Assembly (NCBI GenBank): GCA_963789405.1
Contig: CAWBKL010000007.1
Location: 70,276 to 134,275 of the forward strand
DNA length: 64,000 nt
Direction of reading: 5' to 3'
Origin: an uncultured Alphaproteobacteria bacterium
GTDB taxonomy: Bacteria; Pseudomonadota; Alphaproteobacteria; CAWBKL01
Shown here one piece after another: positions 21,661 to 32,700 of this stretch. Numbering within the stretch: position 1 is the first letter of the stretch; the number at the start of each line of letters is the position of its first letter. A program made the position numbers and the translations under genes. Under the pieces are notes generated by a model that made no database searches, was not told where the DNA came from, and saw only the letters and a program-made list of their open reading frames with translations.

Positions 21661-22905
21661 GTGGAAGCACTGGGGGAGAAATTGAGCGGCCGTCACGGGC
21701 ATCACGCGCTATTTTTCATTCTGATCGTCGTGGTGATCGACAGTATCGGCCTTGGGATTGTCGTTCCCGTCATCCCGCCGCTCCTGGTCGATCTGACCAA
21801 AGAGTCGCTTTCCGGCGCTGTGCTTTACGGCGGCTGGCTGACATTCGTCTATGCGCTCATGCAATTTCTCGGCGGCCCCGTTATCGGCAATCTGTCGGAC
21901 AGATTCGGCCGCCGCCCGGTTCTCCTCGTCTCGATGGCCCTAATGTGCTTCGACTATCTTGTGATGGCGATTGCTCCGAACATCACATGGCTTTTTGTGG
22001 GCCGCACCCTTGCAGGCGTTGCCGGCGCCACGATGGGGACCGCCAGCGCCTATATCGCCGATGTCACGCCGTCCGAGGGCCGTGCAAAAGCATTTGGATA
22101 TATCGGCGCCGCTTTTGGCGTCGGCTTTATCGTCGGGCCCGCGATTGGAGGACTCTTGGGCGAGATGGGAACGCGTGTACCCTTCTATGCCGCCGCCGTG
22201 CTTTCGCTCGTCAACGCGTGCTACGGCATCTTCGTACTGAAGGAATCTTTGCCGGACGGCAAGCGCCGGCATTTCGTCCTCTGGCGGGCAAATCCCATCG
22301 GTGCGTTGTTATCAATGAGGCGCTATCCAACTCTCACCTATCTGTTCGGCGCAGTAGCGCTCTATATCGTCTCGCTGGCAGTCTACAAATCCATCTGGAC
22401 GTTTTTCACCATCCTTAAATTCGGATGGTCGAAAGCCGAAAACGGACTCGCGCTGGCGGCTTATGGCGTCTGCGCTGCGCTCGTGTCCGGCCTGATGACG
22501 GGCCGAATCGTGAAGCGCTTCGGAGAAACGGGCGCAGCACAGTTCGGGCTCGTAATGGCCACGATCAGCTTTGCCGCATTCGCCTTCGTGCCTGTCGGCT
22601 GGATGATGTATCCCTTTATCGCGCTCTCGGCCTTTGAAGGCATTGTGATGCCAGCGCTGCGAAGCATCGCTTCGCGCATCGTGCCGGACACCGAGCAGGG
22701 CGAGCTTCAGGGCGCCTTCAGCAGCCTCCAGGCGCTGGTGGCAATCGCCGCGCCGCTCATTCTGGCGAACGTCTTCCACTCCTTTACGGCGCAGGATGCA
22801 CCGATCTATTTCCCCGGCGCGCCGTTCCTGCTCGCCGCGCTGTTTTTGGCCGGTGCGCTCGTACCGATTGCGCAGCTCGCACGCTTCAGGCGAGCGGCGA
22901 AATAG
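21661..22905 (+). CDS. MFS efflux transporter, TetA/DHA1-like
   Basis: Motif [36 protein letters not shown]; about 12 hydrophobic segments. Confidence 0.9.
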   Translation: MEALGEKLSGRHGHHALFFILIVVVIDSIGLGIVVPVIPPLLVDLTKESLSGAVLYGGWLTFVYALMQFLGGPVIGNLSDRFGRRPVLLVSMALMCFDYLVMAIAPNITWLFVGRTLAGVAGATMGTASAYIADVTPSEGRAKAFGYIGAAFGVGFIVGPAIGGLLGEMGTRVPFYAAAVLSLVNACYGIFVLKESLPDGKRRHFVLWRANPIGALLSMRRYPTLTYLFGAVALYIVSLAVYKSIWTFFTILKFGWSKAENGLALAAYGVCAALVSGLMTGRIVKRFGETGAAQFGLVMATISFAAFAFVPVGWMMYPFIALSAFEGIVMPALRSIASRIVPDTEQGELQGAFSSLQALVAIAAPLILANVFHSFTAQDAPIYFPGAPFLLAALFLAGALVPIAQLARFRRAAK

Positions 22906-22937
22906 GGTTCGCTGATCCTCTGACAGAAGACGTCCGG

Positions 22938-23942
22938 TTACGGACTTTTCTTGGCATTCGGCGGGCGCTGCGGATTCCCCCAAGGATGCGTGACCTCATA
23001 TTCGTAGGTCTCGGGATATTCCTCATCCCAGCCCGTCGGCGCGAGATAAGCGTTGATGAAGCCGTTGGCTTCGATCTCATAGACCTTGCCGGCTCCGATC
23101 TTGAACATCTCGGACGCCTGCAAATCATCCGGGCCATGGCCGAACGGCATCTCGGTGAAGCCGGGCACATTGCGCAGCTTCGTTGTGCGCATATCGCCGC
23201 GATGGCAGAAGCGAGGAAAGCCGAACACCACGCCCTTCTGCTCATCGCAGACCAGCATGTGGCGGGGCCGGATCTGCGTGATGTAGGCGAGACTGCCGGT
23301 CGACATGCTGTCGCGCGTCTTCATCGTCAGAAGATGACCCATCACCTCGGCAACGGCGGGATCGTTGAAGATGCCCTGGCCAGGCGCCGGCGGCGTCTTG
23401 TTGAGCGTGGTTTGAATGCCGTTCTCAACGCGCACGCATTCATCGGCAAACGGACAAAGATCGCCGTCATCCTGCTCGATCGAATTGAAATAGGAGTTGG
23501 CGATCTCGAGCATCTGCTTGCGCGGTGTACGCTCACTCGCCGGCACATCTTCGATGAGGCCGGCCCGCGGCTTCTGCAAGTTCTCCATCGCCGCTTCGCG
23601 CAAGTTTCGCGCCATCACATTTTCAATCTCGGTGATCTTGCCTTCTTCCACCTTGATGCGCGTGCCGAGCAAGACCGGCTTACCCCATTCATGGATAACG
23701 CCATAAAATCCCGCCTGCCCGCTCACCGGATCTGCAAGCCAGATTTGAAAATCAGTGGGGCCGCCAGTTGCGCTAATCCAAAGTCCATCACCTACCGGGA
23801 TCCGCGCGGCCTGCTCGGTGATCTTCACATTGGGCGCGAGCGGCAAACCATCGGCGGAGTGCTCATGCAAGCTGCCAATATACTTTTGCATAAGCGCGAC
23901 CAATCCGGCGCGATCAAGTCCCGGCGATTTCGCCATCTTCAT
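22938..23942 (-). CDS. Conserved hypothetical protein (paralog of 38813-39715 and 48604-49521)
   Basis: Shared motifs G.GLW, CPFADECVRVENG.QT and EMFKIGAGKVYEIEA; GGAGG RBS. Confidence 0.75.
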   Translation of the reverse strand: MKMAKSPGLDRAGLVALMQKYIGSLHEHSADGLPLAPNVKITEQAARIPVGDGLWISATGGPTDFQIWLADPVSGQAGFYGVIHEWGKPVLLGTRIKVEEGKITEIENVMARNLREAAMENLQKPRAGLIEDVPASERTPRKQMLEIANSYFNSIEQDDGDLCPFADECVRVENGIQTTLNKTPPAPGQGIFNDPAVAEVMGHLLTMKTRDSMSTGSLAYITQIRPRHMLVCDEQKGVVFGFPRFCHRGDMRTTKLRNVPGFTEMPFGHGPDDLQASEMFKIGAGKVYEIEANGFINAYLAPTGWDEEYPETYEYEVTHPWGNPQRPPNAKKSP

Positions 23943-24030
23943 TCCTCCCTGGGCAGCCCAATTTGCCGAGCCGATAATCTAACGGCTCGCGGATCGTTTC
24001 CAAATCCCAATCCGTTTACAAGAGGAAGCC

Positions 24031-25782
24031 TCAGACCTGCTTGCCTGATGTCGGCACCTGGAAGAAGCGCTTAATGTCATAGCGGCCAACATGCCGGGCG
24101 TTCGCGCCAAGCTGGCCTATATAGAGGCCGTCTTGATCGACATGATAGGTCACGCCTGCATCATGCATCGTGTGCATGTTGAGCAGGATGGTTCCCATAT
24201 GGCCGTTGCAGGCTTCCTCCAGCCAATAGAGGAAATAGAGCCCGTCACGAATCTTGACGTACCGGGCCGGGCCGCTCCATTCGAGCCCGCCTGCATCGCT
24301 ATCGGTGAAGATCACCCACGACACTGAATAGGGCGTCGAATAAAGATGCATGGATGTGAGGTTCTGCTGGTAGTTCCAGCTGAACGCATGGCCGAGCAGC
24401 TCTTCGGTGAACGCGTGCCGGCGATAGAGCGGCGGGGTGAGCCCTTCCATTTCGATCACGCCGAAGAGAACCCGCGCACCGGCCTCGTTGGCGAAATAGG
24501 GCGTGTTCACGAAGCCGTTGAAACAAGTGACGAGGCCCTGGTGGAAATCCACCACGATCGAGTGCCCGTCGAAATTCGGCTCACCTTCGAGCAAATGCCC
24601 GAACAGGAACACACCCGGCATCGACTCCCAGGCCTGATAGCGCGTCTTCGTCCAGTTGCTGCCGCCTTCTTTGCGCCAGTTAAGCGTCCCGGCATCGTCG
24701 ATGCGATACTCCATCGCCGGCGCATCATCGTAACGCAGGGTGAATGATTTGCCCGCAAGCCAATTCGTACTGGGGGCGATGTTGCCTGCCATCTGTCCGC
24801 CCGGCACGAAAATCGACGGCTTCTTCGCAGCGACTGCCGCGCGCACCTGGGCACGCGTCATTTTCGGCATGGTCTGAAATGGCCGGTAGAGGTCGCGCGC
24901 GCCTTTTGCCGGCGCCTTGCCATCCTGCGATGGCGGCGGCAGCGGCGCGCCTTTGACATCACCGAACTTCTCGAAATGTGCAAGCTGACCGAGCCACTCG
25001 CCGTGCCCCCGGAACACATAATATTCGAGCGCATCGTGCTCATTGAAGCCAAGCCGCAGGCCGACCTGCTCAATCGTGTTGAGATCCATTACATGCAGCG
25101 TGAAGATGCCGGAGAACTCACACTCCGTGCGCGTATAGATAAAGAGATCATCATTGATCTTGATGTAATCAGATGGCCCGCAGAAGCTGAGCTCGCCGCC
25201 GAAACGCGTCAGCTCGACAAAGTTCGAATAGGCCGACGAGGGATAGAATTCCAGCGTCTCGATACCTGTGTCCTGTTTCCAGTAATAACCATGCCCTTCG
25301 GCGCGGTTGCTGACGACATGACGCGCTTGGGGCGCCTCCTCGCCACCCTTTTCGACATAGCCGTAATAGATTTCGCGCTGAACTTCGCGGTTGTCCTTAT
25401 AGCCGTTGAACCAAAGTTCGAAGACGGTTGCGAGATTCGTCTCCTGATCGATAACAACCGCGTAGCCGCGCTGGGTTCCGCGCACAAGATGGGTGAAGAG
25501 AACGACGCTCCCAAGCGTGAGCACGCCATAGCCGGCGCCAACCGCTGCGGCGCCATTCTCGGAAAGCGTCAGCTGGTTCGCTGAATTGAATGTGTAGTCG
25601 AGCTTTGGCCCTTTATCGGTGACGATGGTGATCTGCTTTCCGGCGAGCACATCCGAGATTTGTGAAGCGCTTGCCGGCCCCTTGCCGATGACGGCGTTCA
25701 ATTTGCCCGCAATCGCACCTTTGGAAAGCTTGGTGTAAGCAATCCGGTGCATTTGCCGCTTGGGATAGGGTGTCCCCGCCAT
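24031..25782 (-). CDS. Double MoaF-like domain protein, copy 2
   Basis: Internal duplication (LAGK..T..D...Y.F repeated; HLYSTPYSVSW, YVKIRDGLY..YWLE) resembling MoaF N/C domains; closely similar to 26324-28063. Confidence 0.7.
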   Translation of the reverse strand: MAGTPYPKRQMHRIAYTKLSKGAIAGKLNAVIGKGPASASQISDVLAGKQITIVTDKGPKLDYTFNSANQLTLSENGAAAVGAGYGVLTLGSVVLFTHLVRGTQRGYAVVIDQETNLATVFELWFNGYKDNREVQREIYYGYVEKGGEEAPQARHVVSNRAEGHGYYWKQDTGIETLEFYPSSAYSNFVELTRFGGELSFCGPSDYIKINDDLFIYTRTECEFSGIFTLHVMDLNTIEQVGLRLGFNEHDALEYYVFRGHGEWLGQLAHFEKFGDVKGAPLPPPSQDGKAPAKGARDLYRPFQTMPKMTRAQVRAAVAAKKPSIFVPGGQMAGNIAPSTNWLAGKSFTLRYDDAPAMEYRIDDAGTLNWRKEGGSNWTKTRYQAWESMPGVFLFGHLLEGEPNFDGHSIVVDFHQGLVTCFNGFVNTPYFANEAGARVLFGVIEMEGLTPPLYRRHAFTEELLGHAFSWNYQQNLTSMHLYSTPYSVSWVIFTDSDAGGLEWSGPARYVKIRDGLYFLYWLEEACNGHMGTILLNMHTMHDAGVTYHVDQDGLYIGQLGANARHVGRYDIKRFFQVPTSGKQV

Positions 25783-25830
25783 GCGCTTCCCCGATATCAA
25801 TGTTCTGAGCTCGCAATAAGCCTTTGTGCA

Positions 25831-26322
25831 CTAGGCTTGCGCAGGCGCAAGCTCGACCTTTGCGATTGACCAGGCGCCGCTCGTCTTCACGTAATCAATA
25901 TTGAGAACGCGAGGTTCGGTCCGACGCACGAAGCCGCCGCCTTGCAGATGCGCCATCTGCGCGAGCGTGCAGTCCTTCGCAAGCGTTGCCTCAAGCTCGA
26001 CCGCACAATGGAAGCGCCCGCTCGCGCTTCTGCCGTCAGGTCCGAGCTTGATCTCGTCCAACGGTCCCGCGTGATGCGCACTGATGCGCCGGACCTTCAC
26101 ATTATCCGCATTCCCAACAATCGCATCGCTCGCCGTTCCCGCATTGACGCCGCGCAGCCATGTTTGATGCAACTCTCTGATGGCGCTCTCATCCTCAAGA
26201 CGCGCGACCCGCGCTTTGAGCCCATCGCTCGCAAGTGCCACGGCAGGCGCGGCCGCCAATGGCGCGGAGAGAAGTGCGCCGGCTTTAAGAAAGTTGCGAC
26301 GCGTTGATGTGTTCTTCCTCAT
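25831..26322 (-). CDS. Tat-signal SnoaL/NTF2-like protein
   Basis: STRRNFLK twin-arginine motif plus hydrophobic stretch ending ALA; RLEDESAIREL, DGRSASGRF and YVK..G.W.I SnoaL-like motifs. Confidence 0.72.
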   Translation of the reverse strand: MRKNTSTRRNFLKAGALLSAPLAAAPAVALASDGLKARVARLEDESAIRELHQTWLRGVNAGTASDAIVGNADNVKVRRISAHHAGPLDEIKLGPDGRSASGRFHCAVELEATLAKDCTLAQMAHLQGGGFVRRTEPRVLNIDYVKTSGAWSIAKVELAPAQA

Positions 26323-26323
26323 C

Positions 26324-28063
26324 TCAAGCCCTCCCCGAGCTCTTCACTTGATAGAAGCGCGCAACGTCGAATTTGCCGACATGCCGCCCGAGCGCACCCA
26401 CTTGCCCCAATGTGAGTCCTTGCGGGCCGCAATGGAAATCGATACCCGCATCATGCATTGTGCGCATATTGACGAGGATTGTGCCGAGCGTTCCGTTGCA
26501 TGCTTCTTCAAGCCAGTAGATGAAATAGAGCCCATCCCTGATCTTCACATGAGCGGAAGGGCCGCTCCATTCGAGCCCGCCCGCACCATCCGGCGTAAAG
26601 ATGATCCACGACATCGAGTGTGGCGTTGTATATAGATGCATCGATGTGAGGCCGGGTGAATATTCCCAGCTCACCGCATGGCCGACCATCTCATCAGAGA
26701 AGTGATGGCGCCGATAAAGCGGCGGAACAATCCCATCCATTTCGATCACGCCAAACAGAGTTTTGACGCCCGCCTCGTTGGCAAAATAGGGAGTGTTGAG
26801 AAAGCCGTTGAGGCATGTGACGAGGCCCTGATGGAAATCGGCAACGATCGAATGCGCATCATGATTCGGCTCGCCTTCAAGCAGATGCCCAAAGATGATG
26901 ACGCCGGGCATCGATTCCCACGCTTGGTAACGCGCCTCGGTCCAGCCGCGGCCTTCTTTGCGCCAATGCAGCGTGTCGGCACTATCGATGCGGTATTCCA
27001 TTGCCGGCGCATTGTCATAACGCAGCGTGAAGCGCTTGCCAGCGAGAAAATCCGTCGCCGGCTCGGCATTGCCGGCCATTGCGCTCTTGGGCGCGAAAAC
27101 GGTCGCCTTCTTGGCGGCGGCATTCACCTCGGCCCGTGACATCTTCGGCATGGTTTCGAGCGGGCGATAAACCGCCCGCGCGCCTTTGGCCGGCGGCTTA
27201 TCCTTCTCCGCGGGCGCAGACACGACATCGCCTTTGACATCGCCGAACTTTTCAAAATGCGAAAGCTGGCCGAGCCATTTTCCCTTGCCGCGGAACACAT
27301 AATATTCGAGCGCATCTGTTTCATTGAATCCGAGCCGCATGCCGATTTGCTCGGCAAGGTTCAGATCCAGCACATAGAGCGTGAAGATGCCGGAGAATTC
27401 ACACTCCGTGCGCGTGTAGATGAAGAGCTCGTCATTGATCTTGACGAAATCGGACGGCGCGCAGAACCCAAGCTCGCCGCCAAAGCGCGTGAGCTCGACG
27501 AAATTCGAATAGGCCGCTGAAGGGAAGAACTCCAGCGTCTCGATGCCGTTGTCCTGTTTCCAATGATAGCCATGGCCCTCCATGCGGTTCGATGTGGTGT
27601 GACGCGCCGTGGGCGGCTTCTTTCCCGATTGCTCGACATAGCCGTAATAGATCTCGCGCTGAACTTCGCGATTATCCTTGTAGCCGCTGAACCACAGCTC
27701 AATGACGGTGGCGAGCCCCAAATCGCGATCGATGGTCACGGCATAGCCGCGCTCCGTCCCGGGGATGAGATGCGTAAAGAAAACAATGTTATCGAGCGTG
27801 AGCGCACCATAGCCGGCTTGGATTGACCCGCCGCCATTCTCGACAAGGTTCAGCCGGTCGTTGCCATGAAAGCTGTAGCCGAGCTTGGGACCATTGTCGG
27901 TGACGATCCGTAGCTGCTTGCCTGCGTAAACATCCGAAAGCGGTGAGCTGCTGGTCGGTCCACTCGACACGGCCTTGCTGAGCTTGCTCTCGATCGTAGA
28001 CGAAGAAAGCTTGGTGTAAGCGATGCGATGCATCTGCTTCTTGGGATACGGCGTCCCCTGCAT
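26324..28063 (-). CDS. Double MoaF-like domain protein, copy 1
   Basis: Same architecture as 24031-25782 (GTPYPK.QMHRIAYTKLS, DNREVQREIYYG, WLEEACNG); GGGAGG RBS. Confidence 0.7.
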   Translation of the reverse strand: MQGTPYPKKQMHRIAYTKLSSSTIESKLSKAVSSGPTSSSPLSDVYAGKQLRIVTDNGPKLGYSFHGNDRLNLVENGGGSIQAGYGALTLDNIVFFTHLIPGTERGYAVTIDRDLGLATVIELWFSGYKDNREVQREIYYGYVEQSGKKPPTARHTTSNRMEGHGYHWKQDNGIETLEFFPSAAYSNFVELTRFGGELGFCAPSDFVKINDELFIYTRTECEFSGIFTLYVLDLNLAEQIGMRLGFNETDALEYYVFRGKGKWLGQLSHFEKFGDVKGDVVSAPAEKDKPPAKGARAVYRPLETMPKMSRAEVNAAAKKATVFAPKSAMAGNAEPATDFLAGKRFTLRYDNAPAMEYRIDSADTLHWRKEGRGWTEARYQAWESMPGVIIFGHLLEGEPNHDAHSIVADFHQGLVTCLNGFLNTPYFANEAGVKTLFGVIEMDGIVPPLYRRHHFSDEMVGHAVSWEYSPGLTSMHLYTTPHSMSWIIFTPDGAGGLEWSGPSAHVKIRDGLYFIYWLEEACNGTLGTILVNMRTMHDAGIDFHCGPQGLTLGQVGALGRHVGKFDVARFYQVKSSGRA

Positions 28064-28266
28064 CTTGTCCCTCCCCGCGGTGATCCGTCTTTGTGCGGAT
28101 CAAGCAAACGACAATTCGAGGCGGTGACAAGAAGTCACCACGCAATGTCAGGATCGGCCAACGCCACGGCTTGCGCAAGAGATAGTTTCGGCTCGCTGCA
28201 ATGCGGAGAGTTGTCTTGAGTTAAGGAGCTTGTTCGCGGGAGCCGTATGTTGCTGCTGCTAACAGC

Positions 28267-29289
28267 TTAATGATGCGATTTCGCAACATCCGAGAGCAGC
28301 CAAAGCGCGCTCGAATAATAGTCGCCATCGGCGGGATATGCGGGCAAGGGCTCATCGGCAATCAGCGCACTAATCGCACGCATTCCGGCCGAAGCATCTT
28401 CCGGTGAGCGCGCGCCACTGGAGAGATCGATCCATGCCGGCTCGCGCGCCAAGTCGTCGCGAAGCTTGGAGAAGTGGCGTGCGAACGGCGCGATGACTTT
28501 CGCGGGGGCCTGCGCCCAAACGAGATAAAGCGGCACACGGATCGCATCATAGCCGAAGCGCGGCTTGAACCCGTTGGCCAGCGAAAGCTGACCCTGCCCA
28601 TTAAGGCTCAGCCAATCCGGCGGCAGTCTTTCGGCACCAAAGCGCGCTTTGCGCAGGATTTCATAGCCATTGTTTAGGATTGCGCGCCATGGCCCGGTGG
28701 GATCGGCCTTGGCAAAAGCCTGAAACGCAGGAGCGATGAAGTAAGACGGATTGATCACCACGCTGGTGCCAAAATCGAATCCCGACATTGCCGGCATCAC
28801 GATCCTGTAGCCGCCGAAGTCGCGCACCAGATGCGTTGCGATATCCGTGCGGATGTCGGACGAAGCCAGTGCGTAGGAAGCATCGCCCCATTTGTTAGCG
28901 GCATTGAGCAGCGCCCATGCGATGAGAACATCGCCATCGGCCGCATCATTACGATCTGTGACTTTGTGAGCGTCGGGATCATAGCGCCAGGAAAACAGAT
29001 GCACGTCTTCGCGCTCGAGTGTTTGTCTGGTCCATTGCCACATCAAGTCGAAGGCTTTGCGGTCGTTGTTCGTGACCGCCAGCAACATGCCGTATCCCTG
29101 CCCTTCGGAGTGGCTGATATTGCCGTTGCCCGTATCGCAAATGCGGCCGTCTTGGGTGAGAAAGCGGCCCTTGAAGACAGTCCAATATTGCGCCTCGTCA
29201 CCGGCGCAGGCAGTCGAGGTGAGCGCTAGGGCAACTGCGATTATGCACACAAGAAGCCCGAAAGCCCTAGCGCGAATGGCGCAGGACAA
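28267..29289 (-). CDS. bcsZ: Endo-1,4-beta-glucanase, GH8 (BcsZ/CMCax); start approximate
   Basis: SHSEGQGYGML, DAADGDVLIAWAL, NPSY, GYDAIRVPLY, DYYSSAL; signal-like N-terminus. Confidence 0.92.
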   Translation of the reverse strand: MSCAIRARAFGLLVCIIAVALALTSTACAGDEAQYWTVFKGRFLTQDGRICDTGNGNISHSEGQGYGMLLAVTNNDRKAFDLMWQWTRQTLEREDVHLFSWRYDPDAHKVTDRNDAADGDVLIAWALLNAANKWGDASYALASSDIRTDIATHLVRDFGGYRIVMPAMSGFDFGTSVVINPSYFIAPAFQAFAKADPTGPWRAILNNGYEILRKARFGAERLPPDWLSLNGQGQLSLANGFKPRFGYDAIRVPLYLVWAQAPAKVIAPFARHFSKLRDDLAREPAWIDLSSGARSPEDASAGMRAISALIADEPLPAYPADGDYYSSALWLLSDVAKSHH

Positions 29290-29758
29290 AGAGCCCCGGG
29301 CTCGGATTCGAGACGACCCTGGTCTTGAGGTGCTCGGCGGCTCCCTGTGCCAGAAACCAGTGACCATAAAGGCCCTCCAGGGTGTAGCTGAGGCTGCGCG
29401 CCCACACCTCGCGCGTATCATCGGCGATCGTCGAAGGCGCCGCATAATGGCACACCTCGATCGCTTCGCCAGCGTCGCTGAGCTCGACCTGCCCCCAATC
29501 CATGCGATCGAGCTGATCATTCATCAGCTCCTGCAATTTCGGCAGGCTCTCCGCGTGAGGCAGGCACATGCGGCGCGCCATCTCTTCGCCGACCTCGCGA
29601 AAGAACAACTCTGCGTCGTCGCCTTGCGCGTGATGGAAGATCTCCGTCGAGATTGCAGTCAGAAAGATGCGCCACTGCGCGCTGCATTGTTTCTGCGCAT
29701 AATAGAGCTGCATCTCGTTGTTCACCGGGTCGATCGCAGGTTTCAGCTTTGCATCCAT
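29267..29758 (-). CDS. bcsD: Cellulose synthase subunit D
   Basis: 164 codons, QWRIFL...FFREVGEEMA...LDRMDWGQV...LEGLYGHWF; located directly after bcsC. Confidence 0.82.
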   Translation of the reverse strand: MDAKLKPAIDPVNNEMQLYYAQKQCSAQWRIFLTAISTEIFHHAQGDDAELFFREVGEEMARRMCLPHAESLPKLQELMNDQLDRMDWGQVELSDAGEAIEVCHYAAPSTIADDTREVWARSLSYTLEGLYGHWFLAQGAAEHLKTRVVSNPSPGLFVLRHSR

Positions 29759-29768
29759 GGCGCTCACC

Positions 29769-32700
29769 CTACTTGCCGAGCGTGTGCTTGAAGGAAATAT
29801 TGGCGCTCGTATCATTGTAGTCGCCGAAATTATTGAACTTGAGCCCGCCGCCAATCGAGGTCGAAGGCGTGAGCGCATAGTTGACTTGCGCGTCACCGGC
29901 AAAGCCGAAGCCGGTCTTGGTCTGCGATGCGTAGTTTGAAATGATGTTGGGATCCAAAGCCGCGGCAATGTCGAACAGGCTTTGTATAGCCGGCTCTGTC
30001 GGGAAGTAGGGCGATGAATCCTCGTGGAAATACTGCAAGCCGGGCGACGCCTGCAGCGAATAAGACCATCGGCCTTGAACATCTTTGTAGGTCAGCGGCA
30101 GAGAAAGCCCGACAAAAGATTGCGGGCTGAAATAGCCGCCTTGGCCCCAGCTGAAATAGCGCAGATTCTTTTTGAAGTGCGCGAAGTCGGCATTGAAACC
30201 GATCTGAAGCTCGGCATCGCCCTTTTGATACGGCCTGAGATATGCGCCAGCATCGCCCTGGATGGTCGAGTTGCTGGCGACATTGTGTCCTTTGAGCGTT
30301 CCCACGCGCGCGGTGAAGTAGGCACCACCTTCGCCATTGTCATAGCTGATGCCGCCATGCGCGCTTGTCTGCATCACGGCGCCCCAGCGTTGACCTGTGA
30401 GCGGGTCACGAGCGCCATTGTAGGAGAGCACGCTGTCGGTGACGGCGCGCCGCTCAACGCCAATCTGCACATGTGTGTTGTCGGCGATCTCCGGCGCCCA
30501 TTCGATGCCGCCAACCGGCGATAAGCGCCAAAAGCCGAGCGGTGTGGTGCCGAGATCCGCGGTCAAAGTCCCGATCTTATATTTGAGCGAGACGGCCAAT
30601 CCCGATGCTTGTTGCCCATCTGGCGCCGGCGGTGTTGCAAAAATCGCGACGGCCGGATTTGTACCGAACCGCGCGGCGGCCGAGCTTGTCGGTGTTCCGG
30701 CATCGAGAATGACGGGTTGAAGCGAAGCGGTCAGCTGGCCTTTGCCGAACAGTGTGCCTTGATACGAAGCCGTGCCATCGATCTCGGTCATCTGGCTGAG
30801 CCCGGCCTCACCTGAGCGATCACGCGTTGCAACCTCGACACTGACATGCGGCTTGGTGCCCTGCTCAAGGCGCGCAATGCGCCGGTCGATATCATCGCTG
30901 AGCGCATCACCCGGCGCATTAACCGGGATCGCCGTGCTGGGAACAAAGATTGGCGCCGCGCTGCGCCCTGCAGGCACATACGCGTATGCCACTTGCGTCC
31001 GATCATCAGTCTGCGGCGCCGTTGCGCCGGTAACGCCGCTCGCGGTACTGGAGTCATCCGCCGCAGTGGGCCCAGCATCGGCCACGAAATACGAGCTCGC
31101 GCTCTGATTTTGTGCCGAGCGCGCGCGGAACGGATTTTTGTCCTGCAGCGTTGGCGGCGTATTCGGCCCGGCCGCACCACCAGCAACCTCTTCAGCGCGC
31201 AGCGCTTGGGCCGCACGATAAGCCTTGAGCGCACCTTCGCGCTGACCGCGCGCCTCGGCGATACGCCCGAGCGCCACATACAGCCGTGGATCGCGTGGAT
31301 AAAGCGATTGCGCCCGGTCGATCAGCCGCTGAGCGCTCTTTAAGTCGTTGCTGGCGAGCGCATTGTCGATCGATGCCGAAAGGACATCGGCATCATCAGG
31401 ATAGGTTTGTTGCAGATGATTGAAGACGCTGCGCGCCTTATCCGCCATATGTCCGCTATCATAAAGCCGGCCGAGCGCGAGCAGCAGCTCCTTGTCGTTG
31501 GGCGAATCGCGCAGCGCACCGGCGAGCAAATCATAGGCATCGGCATAGCTGCCATCGCTGCGCATATGATCAGCCTCATGCGCAGCAAGCGTTGCGCGTA
31601 AGGCGGTGACCTGAGCCTTGTTGCCGCTATCTTCGGCATGACGCTCGATCTGCAAGAGAAATGTCCGCGCTTCGGCATCCAGGCCGGCATCGCCCAGGAC
31701 TTTCAGGAAACCTGCATAATCCATCGGCGCGCCACTGACGCCCCGGTCCTCTTCCTTGCGCGCAAGCGCAATGGCAGCAGGCGGATTGATGCCGTAAAGC
31801 GTCTCAGCGATTTGCGAACGAAGCCCCGGCGTTGCCTGCGGATCGGATGCGATATCCTCGAGCTTGGAGGACGCATAGGCGGGATCACTCGATTTACGGG
31901 CGGATGCGATTGCGCCCTGGGATCGAAGCTTGAACGCAAGCTTGCCCATCTCATCGGTACGATCCGCCGCGGGAATGCGCCCAAGATATTCCGAGGCGCG
32001 CCCGTCATCGCCCGACTCGTCTTCAAAGATCGCAAGAGCATAGAGCGCTTCGGCGCTGGGCTGCGCGGCTTGCGCAAGCGGCGACATGATGCCTTTGGCC
32101 TGCCGCTCGGCGCCTGTCTTCAAGAGCAAGCGTGCATAGCTGAGGCGAATCCATGGATTGGTCGGATCATCGGCAATCGACTTCTCATAAGCGCGCTCGG
32201 CCCGTGAGAGGTCGCCACCTTTGGCGAGCGCATCAGCCTTTGCCGCGGCAATATTGGCAGCGGTTTGACGCAACGACGGATTGCTGGCGGCATCCTGTGG
32301 CGCTTGGCTCACGAGTGCTGACGCCTCCTCGACGCGGCCCTCGCTATTCAATACATGGGCAAGCCCAGCGATCGCGCCGGAATCGTGCGGATGACTTCGC
32401 AGAATTTCGCGGTAAAGACTCTCCGCTTCCTGCAGATTGTTCTCGCGCGTCAAAATATCAGCCAAGAGATTCTTGGCGACATCCGCGTCCGGGCTTCCTG
32501 ACTCGGCAAGATCACGCGCAAGCTTTTCCGCGACCGAAAGATCGCCGGATTGCAGCGCCGCCGCGGCTTGCGAATACGAACGATAGAACTTTGCCGTTTC
32601 CAGCGCCTTTGACCATTGGGACTTCTTGGCCGGAGCAAGCTTGATCGCACGGGAAAGCGAAGCCTCGGCCGAGGCGTAATCCTTCTCCTGAAGCGCCGAG

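Noticed and set aside
21661-22905. Tetracycline resistance gene
   Set aside because: It is a TetA-like DHA1 transporter, but there is no tetR or mobile context and the substrate cannot be inferred.
24031-28063. Molybdenum cofactor biosynthesis locus
   Set aside because: Only MoaF-like domains are present; no moaA/C/D/E, moeA or molybdoenzyme genes were seen in the window.
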